Below, piece by piece: positions 1 through 8,271 of a stretch of DNA of 52,588 bases. Below the pieces are notes generated by a model, which was not told the origin of the DNA, searched no databases, and saw nothing but the letters and a program-made list of their open reading frames with translations. The stretch is from the NCBI GenBank assembly GCA_020345725.1, contig CP070767.1, forward strand, positions 179,215-231,802, written 5' to 3'. This DNA is from Methanobacteriota archaeon (GTDB lineage Archaea > Thermoplasmatota > Thermoplasmata > RBG-16-68-12 > SOIM01). Each line of letters opens with the position of its first letter. Position 1 is the first letter of the stretch. A program made the translations under genes and the position numbers.

Positions 1-10
1 ATTAGAGAAA

Positions 11-1267
11 ATGGGGAACACAATAGCCGAGAAGATACTTCTGAAGGCTTCCGGGCAGAGTGATTTAGAACCTGGCGACATTGTAGAAGCCAATGTCGAC
101 ATTGCCATGTCACATGACAATGCCGCTCTCGTTTCCAAACATTTCAGAACCATAGGTGTCGAGAAGGTTTGGGATCCGAATAAGATAGTCATTCTCCTTG
201 ACCACAGGGTTCCGGCCAACTCGGTTCAGACTGCCACGGGTCACAAGGCAATAAGGGAGTTCGTCTCGGAACAGAACCTTCCCAACTTCTACGACATGAA
301 TGCGGGAATTTGTCATCAGATACTTCCTGAGAAGGGCCACGTAAGACCTGGTGAACTCGTCGTAGGGACAGATTCTCACACCACAACTCATGGAGCCTTT
401 GGAGCCTTCGCCACTGCCATTGGCGCAACCGAGATGTCCACGGTATGGGCAACTGGCCACCTTTGGTTGAAGGTTCCAGAGACAGTGCGGATGGAGGTCA
501 GCGGATCACTGCCAGATCAGGTCTATTCCAAGGATGTCATCTTGAACATAATAGGCACCCTGGGAAGCGATTATGCGGACTACAAGGCCGTCGAGTTCTA
601 TGGGAACACCATTTCTGCCCTATCTGTTGCGAGCCGTATGGTGGTTTCCAACCAAGCCATGGAGATGGGATCGAAAGCTGCCATAATTCCACCTGATGAG
701 AAGAATAATGAGTATGTCAGAGGGCGGACGGACACACCATTCACTCCTGTTTTGGCGGACGAGGATGCAGAATATCTGGATAGAAAGACCTTTGATGTGT
801 CTGCTTTAGAACCACAGATAGCATGTCAACACTCTCCCGCCAATGTCAAGAACGTATCGAAAGTTGCTGGAACACCTGTCGATCAGGCATTCTTGGGTTC
901 TTGTACTAACGGAAGACTGGAAGATCTGGAAGTTGCGGTAAACATCCTAAAGGGGAAGAAGATCGCGAGCTCTACAAGAATGATCATAATACCAGCTTCT
1001 TGGGAGATTTACTCGGAAGCAATGCATAAAGGCTTTCTGAAGGTGTTCATGGACTCAGGTGCAATCATTGTCAATCCAGGATGTGGTCCATGTCTCGGTG
1101 CACATGAGGGCATACTGGCCGATGGGGAGAAGGCAATATCCTCAAGCAACCGGAACTTCAAGGGGCGCATGGGAAGCACGGAATCCGAGGTCTATCTATC
1201 TTCACCAGCTGTAGTAGCTGCTTCTGCGTTGAAAGGCGAAATTACCGATCCGAGGACGATTGGATGA
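11..1267 (+). CDS. leuC: Aconitase-family dehydratase large subunit (3-isopropylmalate dehydratase LeuC / archaeal homoaconitase HacA type, 418 aa)
   Basis: ATG at 11. Archaeal-size (~420 aa) large subunit with Fe-S ligand blocks VGTDSHTT, GSCTNGR and NPGCGPC. Its stop overlaps the start of the small subunit (ATGA at 1264-1267). LeuC versus HacA cannot be settled from sequence alone. Confidence 0.85.
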   Translation: MGNTIAEKILLKASGQSDLEPGDIVEANVDIAMSHDNAALVSKHFRTIGVEKVWDPNKIVILLDHRVPANSVQTATGHKAIREFVSEQNLPNFYDMNAGICHQILPEKGHVRPGELVVGTDSHTTTHGAFGAFATAIGATEMSTVWATGHLWLKVPETVRMEVSGSLPDQVYSKDVILNIIGTLGSDYADYKAVEFYGNTISALSVASRMVVSNQAMEMGSKAAIIPPDEKNNEYVRGRTDTPFTPVLADEDAEYLDRKTFDVSALEPQIACQHSPANVKNVSKVAGTPVDQAFLGSCTNGRLEDLEVAVNILKGKKIASSTRMIIIPASWEIYSEAMHKGFLKVFMDSGAIIVNPGCGPCLGAHEGILADGEKAISSSNRNFKGRMGSTESEVYLSSPAVVAASALKGEITDPRTIG

Positions 1268-1752
1268 TTAAGGGCAAGGCTTGGAAGTATGGGGACGATA
1301 TCAACACCGACGTGATATTTCCAGGTAGATATCTGGCACTCACCGATCCTGAGGAAATGGCGAAGCACGCGATGGAAGACTTGGATTCAGATTTTGTGAA
1401 CAAGGTTCAGGAAGGAGATATCGTCGTAGCTGGTAGATTCTTCGGTTGCGGCTCGAGCAGGGAACAGGCGGTCACGTGCTTGAAGTATGCGGGAGTGTCA
1501 GCCATTGTTGCTGTGTCATTCGCTCGATTGTTCTTCAGGAATGCCGTCAACCTTGGCATGCCAGTAATTCAACTTCCCGATACGAAGAGAATGGAGAGTG
1601 GGCAGGAACTCGAGATAGATGTGGAGGGCGGGAACATGAAGATTGTCGATACAAACGAAGTCCTTGAGTTCAAACCTCTCCCAGAGTTCATATTAAAGAT
1701 AATCGATGACGGAGGTCTTGTCCCGAATCTGAAGAAGAAACTCGATCTATGA
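1264..1752 (+). CDS. leuD: Isopropylmalate/homoaconitate dehydratase small subunit (162 aa)
   Basis: Translationally coupled to the large subunit. Carries GDDINTDVIFPGRYL and GCGSSREQA motifs. The specificity loop reads YLAL (hydrophobic), which resembles the YLVM loop reported for methanogen isopropylmalate isomerase rather than the YLRT loop of homoaconitase (from memory of the published work). Confidence 0.8.
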   Translation: MIKGKAWKYGDDINTDVIFPGRYLALTDPEEMAKHAMEDLDSDFVNKVQEGDIVVAGRFFGCGSSREQAVTCLKYAGVSAIVAVSFARLFFRNAVNLGMPVIQLPDTKRMESGQELEIDVEGGNMKIVDTNEVLEFKPLPEFILKIIDDGGLVPNLKKKLDL

Positions 1753-1761
1753 GGTGTTAGA

Positions 1762-2880
1762 ATGGCAAAACACAAGATAGCATGGCTCCCAGGTGATGGA
1801 ACTGGTAATGATGTCATGGAAGCAGCGAAGATTGTGCTCGACACGCTCGGTTTGGATGCTGAGTTTATACATGGGGATGTCGGATGGGAATTCTGGAAGA
1901 AAGAAGGAGAGCCCCTGCCCGAGAGGACGATCCAACTCTTCAAGGAAACGGATTGTTGCCTTTTCGGGGCGATAACTTCGAAACCAAAGGAAGAGGCTGA
2001 GAAGGAGCTTGATCCCTCCCTACAAGGTCAAGGACTGGTGTATGCAAGCCCCATCGTGAGAGCAAGACAGATGTTTGACCTGTATTCGAACATGAGACCG
2101 TGCAAGGCTTACGTTGGAAACCCTTTGAACTACAGGAACGACATTGACCTGGTTGTCTTCAGAGAGAACACGGAAGGTCTCTACTCTGGCGTGGAGTTCT
2201 ATCCCGCCTCTGATGATCTAAGGAATGCTATTGCGGAAAGGCACGTTAAGATGAAGAGGTTCTTGGACTTGCCCGAGGAAGATGTTGCCATATCCATGCG
2301 CATCTTCACACGCAAGGCATGTCAGAGAATCGTGAGACAGGCATTCGAGTATGCAAAGGAATTCAACTGGAAGAGCGTTACAGTGATTGAGAAGCCCAAT
2401 GTCATAAGGGAAACCAGCGGTCTGATGGTGAGGGAGGCGAGGAAGGTAGCCGAGAATTATCCTGATATCCCCCTTTGGGAAACGAACATTGACGCCATGT
2501 GCATGTGGCTTTTGAAGAATCCTACAGACTATGACGTTCTGGTGACTTCCAACATGTTTGGAGACATCATTTCGGATCTCTGCGCACAGCTGGTGGGAGG
2601 TTTGGGCTTTGCCCCGAGTGGAAACATCGGGGACAACTATGCTCTCTTTGAGCCAACTCACGGTTCAGCGCCCAAATATGCGGGTATGTACAAGGTTAAC
2701 CCAACCGCCATGATACAATCCACAAGAATGATGCTTGACTGGCTTGGAGAGAAGGAGATGGCCCAGGACCTTGAGAACGCGATTGCCACAGTCATAAAAG
2801 AAGAGAAGGTCAGAACTTACGATATGGGAGGAAGCAACACTACTCTGGATATGGCAAATGAGTTCGCAAAGAAACTCTGA
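1762..2880 (+). CDS. leuB: Beta-decarboxylating dehydrogenase (isopropylmalate / homoisocitrate / isocitrate dehydrogenase family, 372 aa)
   Basis: SD GAGGTG lies 5 nt upstream of the ATG. Motifs IAWLPGDGTGNDV, NMFGDIISDL and EPTHGSAPKYAG are present. It sits directly downstream of leuCD. Substrate assignment is tentative. Confidence 0.75.
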   Translation: MAKHKIAWLPGDGTGNDVMEAAKIVLDTLGLDAEFIHGDVGWEFWKKEGEPLPERTIQLFKETDCCLFGAITSKPKEEAEKELDPSLQGQGLVYASPIVRARQMFDLYSNMRPCKAYVGNPLNYRNDIDLVVFRENTEGLYSGVEFYPASDDLRNAIAERHVKMKRFLDLPEEDVAISMRIFTRKACQRIVRQAFEYAKEFNWKSVTVIEKPNVIRETSGLMVREARKVAENYPDIPLWETNIDAMCMWLLKNPTDYDVLVTSNMFGDIISDLCAQLVGGLGFAPSGNIGDNYALFEPTHGSAPKYAGMYKVNPTAMIQSTRMMLDWLGEKEMAQDLENAIATVIKEEKVRTYDMGGSNTTLDMANEFAKKL

Positions 2881-2896
2881 AGGACTATCTCGGGTA

Positions 2897-3745
2897 TCAG
2901 AAATTCACGGGTATGGCGTGAGCTTCAACACCCATTCTTTCTTTCGGCAGTCCAAATGCAAGGACATACAACTGAGACAGGTGCAACACTGGGACTTTCT
3001 TCTCAACTTCTTCCTGTCCCTGATCGAACTGGAGATGGCAGAATGGACAAATATCAATGATGACATTAGCGTCTATTTCGTTGATGTTCACCATCTTCTG
3101 TGTGGTCATCTTCTGAGCAACATCCTTGGTCCTTGCCCTAACTCCGCCTCCAGCTCCGCAACATAGCTGCTTGTCCTTGTAGGGGATGCTCTTCGCTCCT
3201 GTGACTTCGACCAGTTCGTCCAATATCTTGGGTCTCTCGGGATCGTCAATCTCCTTCAGTGTTCTGGGTTTCAGGAAGTGGCATCCGTAGTGAACGGCGG
3301 CCTTCAAGTGGTCCTGCTTGTTCCTGACCTTTTTAGCGATGTTCTCCAAGCCCACATCTCTGTACAAGAACTCTGCGAAATGCCTCACCTTTGTGGTCCC
3401 GTTGTATTTCTTTCCAATTTGACTCAGGATGTTGTTGACTTTCTCCAACTTCTTTGGGTCCTCATGCAGTTGGTGACCGGATTCCGAGAGGGAACCATAG
3501 CAGCCGTTGCAGATGTTGAGTATCTCCACACCCTGTTCTTCTGCAAGAGCCAGATTCCGTGCTCCAAGTGCTCGCCAGGTCTCCTGATCGAATGATCGGA
3601 ATACGCCTGGAGCGGGACAGCAGGAGCTTCCCTCTAGGATCTTAGCTTCCACGCCCAAAGCCTCCAACACATCAAGGGTAGAGGACTCAATTCCAGGATA
3701 TCTGAGCGGTGTAATGCAACCAAGAAACAGACCAACCTTAGCCAT
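2897..3745 (-). CDS. hdrB: Heterodisulfide reductase subunit B (282 aa)
   Basis: Two CCG-type cysteine domains (GSSCCPAPG...NICNGCYG and KQLCCGAGGG...ICPFCHLQ). Starts 4 nt after the hdrC stop. Confidence 0.9.
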   Translation of the reverse strand: MAKVGLFLGCITPLRYPGIESSTLDVLEALGVEAKILEGSSCCPAPGVFRSFDQETWRALGARNLALAEEQGVEILNICNGCYGSLSESGHQLHEDPKKLEKVNNILSQIGKKYNGTTKVRHFAEFLYRDVGLENIAKKVRNKQDHLKAAVHYGCHFLKPRTLKEIDDPERPKILDELVEVTGAKSIPYKDKQLCCGAGGGVRARTKDVAQKMTTQKMVNINEIDANVIIDICPFCHLQFDQGQEEVEKKVPVLHLSQLYVLAFGLPKERMGVEAHAIPVNF

Positions 3746-3749
3746 TAAT

Positions 3750-4265
3750 TCACTCTCCTACCAGTTTGTCAAACCCAGTTGCTTTCATTATCTTGACGAT
3801 ATCTTCGTACAGTTTCGGGTCACACAGGATAGTGGGCGGGACTTCATCAAGATCAAGGGTCTTCCTGAGCTCTCTGAACTTATCACCCATTGGAATCGCG
3901 TGCCCTGTCTTGACTAACATACCAGCCGTCCTCTTGTGAGCTTCAGCCATGTGACCTTCCTCGACTGCCATGTTCCTAAGGGTCATTATGATGTCTGTTA
4001 TCTTGACCCCTCTGGGGCATCTCTCGTCACAGGTCATGCATGTTGTGCACAACCACAATTCATCCGATGGAAGCACGTCCTCTTTGAATCCAAGCTGGAC
4101 TCTTCTCATGAGCTTCCTGGTTCTGAAAGCCGTTATCCTTCCCGAAGGACAGCCACCTGTGCACGTAGCACATTGAAAACAAAGCGTTACCGTGTCCGCC
4201 CCCCGCTTGATAACATCCTTCGTAAATTCTGGATTTACGAGCTTTGGTTCTCTTTCTTCTGACAT
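3750..4265 (-). CDS. hdrC: Heterodisulfide reductase subunit C (2x[4Fe-4S], 171 aa from ATG 4265; the ORF track begins at TTG 4283)
   Basis: CFQCATCTGGCP and CTTCMTCDERCP ferredoxin motifs. SD GAGGT lies 6 nt upstream of ATG 4265. Confidence 0.88.
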   Translation of the reverse strand: MSEEREPKLVNPEFTKDVIKRGADTVTLCFQCATCTGGCPSGRITAFRTRKLMRRVQLGFKEDVLPSDELWLCTTCMTCDERCPRGVKITDIIMTLRNMAVEEGHMAEAHKRTAGMLVKTGHAIPMGDKFRELRKTLDLDEVPPTILCDPKLYEDIVKIMKATGFDKLVGE

Positions 4266-4403
4266 GTTCAAACCTCGTCTCAAATTTGTTGTTTTTCGAC
4301 GGGATTCTTGCGTTTTGAGATGTCTACTAGGTTTATTGCCACTTGGATATATTAACCTTTGTCAGCTCCTTGAACCCCTTCGCCAACGTGCAAGAAAACC
4401 ACC

Positions 4404-4607
4404 CTATGGTGGAGGGCCTTCAAGCACGATTTCTGTGACCACTCTCCTCGTATAGACAGCTACCTCGCCGCCCTCGGTAACGACTTGGACTTCGAATCCG
4501 TCCGCCTCGTACTTCTTCTTAGCTTCGTTCGCCTCAGCTTCCCCAGGGTAGGTCTCCCCGTCCCACATGTATTTCTTACCTTCAACTACGATGTGACTCG
4601 CGGGCAT
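4404..4607 (-). CDS. Small hypothetical protein (67 aa, no Cys, Lys/Glu-rich)
   Basis: ATG-initiated ORF, co-directional, between the hydrogenase protease and hdrC. No recognisable motif. Coding status is inferred only from position and ORF integrity. Confidence 0.45.
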   Translation of the reverse strand: MPASHIVVEGKKYMWDGETYPGEAEANEAKKKYEADGFEVQVVTEGGEVAVYTRRVVTEIVLEGPPP

Positions 4608-4644
4608 ATCATTCGCACCTCTCGGGGTCTAACTCCCAATTGTG

Positions 4645-5223
4645 CTACTTCCTCATGATGAATTTCTCATATATTATCTTAGAGGCTCTTGGGACCGCCT
4701 TTTCAACCGAATCAGATAGGCCCGGACTGACCTCCTCAGGTATGTTCTCAACTTGGCATGCAACCACTGCCACCCCCAAACCTCCCAGGTCCTTCAACTC
4801 CTTCAACATATTCGAGGTCGGGACTTGATGTAACGAGAAATCATCCGTCTTTCTCTCAGGAATGTCATCGATTGATATCTCGAATATCTCACCAGGGGCT
4901 TTCCCCTTGTCGACCGCGTCTACTATGACTAGATTGTGCGGCTTCTCATCGGAAAGAAGTATTGTGAACAACAAATCCCTCACTGATGTGCCTACATCCA
5001 AGACCAACGCTCCTTCTGGTATCTCGTAGTTCTCATTCATAAAATCAGCCACTGAAGGGCCGAATCCGTCATCTCCGAAAAGCAGGTTCCCGCATCCGAA
5101 CACAATGACATCCTTGGTCAAATACTCTGGCAGTTCTTCCATGATCTTCTTGTCCCCAGCCTGTCTGTGCCTCACTCTTGTTCTCCAAATTTCCGTCAGT
5201 TGGATTGATGGCAAGATCCCCAT
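4645..5223 (-). CDS. [NiFe]-hydrogenase maturation endopeptidase (HycI/FrcD/HyaD family)
   Basis: VIVFGCGNLLFGDDGFGPSVA and LVIVDAVD motifs. The first ATG is at 5223, but a start at ATG 5142 (MEELPEYLTKDVIVFGCGN) fits family N-termini better. Confidence 0.85.
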   Translation of the reverse strand: MGILPSIQLTEIWRTRVRHRQAGDKKIMEELPEYLTKDVIVFGCGNLLFGDDGFGPSVADFMNENYEIPEGALVLDVGTSVRDLLFTILLSDEKPHNLVIVDAVDKGKAPGEIFEISIDDIPERKTDDFSLHQVPTSNMLKELKDLGGLGVAVVACQVENIPEEVSPGLSDSVEKAVPRASKIIYEKFIMRK

Positions 5224-5377
5224 TTATTGTTTTCCCTGAACCATGACGATTTCCGACTACCAGTAAACACCCTTCGTAAGACGAGATATCTCAATGTCGA
5301 AATGAATCTATGTATCAACTCGAACCGTCACTTGGAAATCAAAATTCAATTGCACACTGGTGGTTTTCGCCATCATC

Positions 5378-5390
5378 ATATATTTATATT
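5378..5390 (+). promoter_or_regulatory. AT-rich TATA-like box (ATATATTTATATT) in the divergent protease/mvhG intergenic region
   Basis: It is the only strong TATA-like element in 5224-5440, about 55 nt upstream of the mvhG ATG. Orientation and usage are not determinable from sequence. Confidence 0.35.
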
Positions 5391-5440
5391 GGGTTCGTAT
5401 TCTCACAACTAACTTGTTATAATAGACAAGGGGGCAAAGG

Positions 5441-6364
5441 ATGGCGAGAATTGCAGAAGAATGGTTTGCAATATGTGGTGGATGTGAGGTCACAATTTTG
5501 GACATTGGTGAGCCACTTTTGGATCTTCTTCCACAGCTGGAATTCGTGCATATGCCCGTCATAATGGACCATAAGTACTATGGACAGACCGGAGAAAAGG
5601 ACAAGATAGAGATCCCTGAAGCTGACGTAGGTCTCATATCTGGGGGTGTCAGAAACGAGGAGCACAAGGAGATCGCCCAGGAGATGAGGAACAAGTGCAA
5701 GACGCTCGTCGCTTTGGGAACATGCGCAGCCTTTGGTGGCGTCCCAGCAATGGGAAACATGTACTTGACAGACGACATCTATGAAAAGGTCTACAGACAG
5801 TCGGTGACCACTGACTCGGGAGATACTCCCAACGTGGGGATACCACCCTTGACGGACAGAGTGTACGCGATAAGCGAGGTCGTCCCTGTGGACATAGTCC
5901 TCCCAGGGTGTCCAACGACACCTGAACTTGTCGTTGAAGGCTTGACGGCAATACTGGAGGGCAAGCCTCTGACGCTTTCTGAGAAAAGCGTCTGTGATGA
6001 ATGTCCCACTATTAGGGAGAAGAAGGCCGTGTCGACTTTGAAGAGGCCTCTTGCGTCCATTGAGTTCACACCTGGACAGCCACTTGACACTGTGAGATGC
6101 ATAATGGAGCAAGGATACCTCTGCCAGGGTCCTGCCACCAGAGGAGGATGCGGAGGCTCTGAAGGGACCCCAAGGTGCATCAAGGCCTTGATGCCCTGCA
6201 GAGGCTGTTTTGGCCCGATTCGAGAGAAGGCAAATCCGATGGTCGACATGATGGGCGCGCTATCGAGCATTGGTCTGGATCCCAAGCAGATTCCAGATAG
6301 ACCGGCCACTTTCAACCGGTTCTCGGGCGCACAAGGTCGTCTTAGACCATTGCCGAGGAGGTGA
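5441..6364 (+). CDS. mvhG: F420-non-reducing [NiFe] hydrogenase small subunit (group 3c, 307 aa)
   Basis: N-terminal WFAICGGCEVTILD. C-terminal Fe-S ligand clusters CDECP, CQGPATRGGCGG and CIKALMPCRGCFGP. Immediately followed by the large subunit. Confidence 0.9.
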   Translation: MARIAEEWFAICGGCEVTILDIGEPLLDLLPQLEFVHMPVIMDHKYYGQTGEKDKIEIPEADVGLISGGVRNEEHKEIAQEMRNKCKTLVALGTCAAFGGVPAMGNMYLTDDIYEKVYRQSVTTDSGDTPNVGIPPLTDRVYAISEVVPVDIVLPGCPTTPELVVEGLTAILEGKPLTLSEKSVCDECPTIREKKAVSTLKRPLASIEFTPGQPLDTVRCIMEQGYLCQGPATRGGCGGSEGTPRCIKALMPCRGCFGPIREKANPMVDMMGALSSIGLDPKQIPDRPATFNRFSGAQGRLRPLPRR

Positions 6365-6369
6365 GGAGA

Positions 6370-7812
6370 ATGGGAAAGACAATTGCGATTCAACCCGTAT
6401 CTAGGATTGAAGGACACGCCAAAGTTGAGATCGATTTGGACGATGCTGGCAATGTAGCCGACACCCGAGTTCACACTGTCGAGCTTAGAGGGTTCGAAAG
6501 ATTCTGTATTGGCCGACCCGTGGAGGAACTCCCGAGGATAATGACAAGGATCTGTGGGGTTTGTCCCTGGTCCCATCATCTCGCTTCTGCGAAAGCAACG
6601 GACGCAGTCTTCGGTGCCCAGATCCCTGAAGCGGGAAGGAAACTGCGAAGGCTATGCAACAGCATTGCCTACATGGAGGAGCACATTCTGCACTTCTATT
6701 TCCTGGCAGGACCGGACTTCGTAATGGGACCCGATGCGGACTACTCGGTGAGAAATGTCATCGGGATAGCGCAGAAGTTGCCAGATGTTGGAAGGAAAGT
6801 GGTAAGGGTAAGAGCTCTTGCAGCGCATATGTTGGAGATACTGTCTGGTAAGGCCATTCATCCAACCGCAGCGGTTCCTGGTGGTTTTAGCAAGCCACTG
6901 TCCGCGGCCGAGAAGGATAAGCTAGTCCCCATGGCAGAGGAGTGTCTGGACCTTGCGAAGTTCTCTATCAAGTACGCAAAAGAGGAGATCTTCCCCAAGT
7001 ACATCGATGCCGTGAAGACCCTCGGCGTGATCAACACTGGATTCCTTGGCACTGTCACGGATGATGGAACCCTGGACCTGTATGAGGGCAAGCTGAGGAT
7101 GATGACCCCGGACGGAAGCTACGAGGACTTCCCGGTCGAGAGCTACACGGACTACATTGGAGAGCACATCGAGCCCTGGACCTATCTCAAGTTCCCATAC
7201 AACAAGAAACAGGGGAACTTCTCAATGGATTTGGAAAGTCCAATGGGCATATACAGGACCAATACTCTGGCTCGAAACAACGTCGCTGACAAGTACGCGA
7301 CCCCGCTCGCACAGGCAGAGTTCCAGGAATTCAGAAGCGAGTTCGGTCGACCGGCACAAGCAACGTTGCTGTATCACTGGGCAAGACTCATCGAGCTTCT
7401 CTACAATGCAGAGCATGCGATGGAACTTCTCAACGACCCAGACATCTTGAGCACCGATACCAGAATACCAGTTCAGCCAAGGGCAGCCCGTGGCATAGGA
7501 CACGTCGAGGCACCCCGAGGAACTCTGATACACGACTACGAGACAGATGAGAACGGCATGGTCACGAATGTGAACCTAATCGTTGGAACAACTCACAACA
7601 ACGCACCAATCAACATGTCAGTGAAGCAAGCCGCTCAGAGCTTGATCAAGGGTGGTCAGTACGATGAGGGAATACTCAACATGGTCGAGATGGCGATCAG
7701 AGCCTACGACCCGTGTCTGAGCTGCGCAACACATAACCTGGACGGAACAATTGCAGTGAAACTCACAATCAGGGACTCGGACGGAAACATAGTGGACGTT
7801 CTGAAGAACTAG
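6370..7812 (+). CDS. mvhA: F420-non-reducing [NiFe] hydrogenase large subunit (480 aa from ATG 6370; the ORF track starts at GTG 6361)
   Basis: RIEGH, the N-terminal Ni-ligand pair RICGVCPWSHH and the C-terminal DPCLSCATH, followed by a 25-aa tail of the kind removed by the endopeptidase. SD GGAGGTGA at 6357-6364. Confidence 0.92.
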   Translation: MGKTIAIQPVSRIEGHAKVEIDLDDAGNVADTRVHTVELRGFERFCIGRPVEELPRIMTRICGVCPWSHHLASAKATDAVFGAQIPEAGRKLRRLCNSIAYMEEHILHFYFLAGPDFVMGPDADYSVRNVIGIAQKLPDVGRKVVRVRALAAHMLEILSGKAIHPTAAVPGGFSKPLSAAEKDKLVPMAEECLDLAKFSIKYAKEEIFPKYIDAVKTLGVINTGFLGTVTDDGTLDLYEGKLRMMTPDGSYEDFPVESYTDYIGEHIEPWTYLKFPYNKKQGNFSMDLESPMGIYRTNTLARNNVADKYATPLAQAEFQEFRSEFGRPAQATLLYHWARLIELLYNAEHAMELLNDPDILSTDTRIPVQPRAARGIGHVEAPRGTLIHDYETDENGMVTNVNLIVGTTHNNAPINMSVKQAAQSLIKGGQYDEGILNMVEMAIRAYDPCLSCATHNLDGTIAVKLTIRDSDGNIVDVLKN

Positions 7813-7822
7813 TCCACACAAC

Positions 7823-7840
7823 TCTTTTCCTTTTTCTTTC
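7823..7840 (+). terminator. T-rich tract (CTTTTCCTTTTTCTTTC), candidate archaeal oligo-T terminator after mvhA
   Basis: Lies in the 42-nt convergent spacer between the mvhA stop (7812) and the mvhD stop (7855). Confidence 0.4.
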
Positions 7841-7854
7841 CAATCCCTTCAAAA

Positions 7855-8271
7855 CTACATCTTGTAAGGACTGGGACCCAGTTGCTTCAGAGTATCTGTC
7901 ATCTCTTGGACAACTCTCGCGAATTTGTCCCCCTCTGATGCTGAAACCCACTCCAATTTGAACCTCTCAGGCTCAAGACCGAAGTCCTCAAGCATGAGGT
8001 CAATGGCCTCCGCCCTTGCCTCTGCCCTCAGGTTTCCCTCGAGATAGTGGCAGTCCCCCGGATGACATCCGCACATCAGAACACCATCAGCTCCCTTTGT
8101 CAGTGCATTGATCACCAGATTGGGATGCACCATTCCAGAACACATGACCCGGATTATCCTGATGTTCGGAGGTTATTGAATTCGAGACGTTCCAGCCAAA
8201 TCCGCACCAGCATAAGAACACCAGTTGCAGAGGAATCCTATGATCAGAGGTTCATAATCCTGTTCCTCCAA
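7855..8271 (-). pseudogene. mvhD: MvhD-domain gene interrupted by an in-frame TAA (8173-8175) at a conserved Tyr codon. The downstream ATG-ORF (7855-8145) lacks the CNWC motif.
   Basis: Manual translation gives (TTG)[50 protein letters not shown]...GCHPGDCHY. The three paralogues in this window have Y at the stop position. The only available start is a TTG abutting the hdrA TAG. Confidence 0.8.

Noticed and set aside
5417-6579. Long antisense ORFs in the track (5417-6112, 231 aa; 5791-6579, 262 aa) opposite mvhG/mvhA. There are similar ones at 13244-13753, 16004-16678, 19088-19558, 26651-27469 and 44998-45705.
   Set aside because: They lie entirely within, and antisense to, genes with strong family motifs. 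They have Ser/Pro/Arg-rich, low-information translations and no start-site signals. They are typical shadow ORFs.
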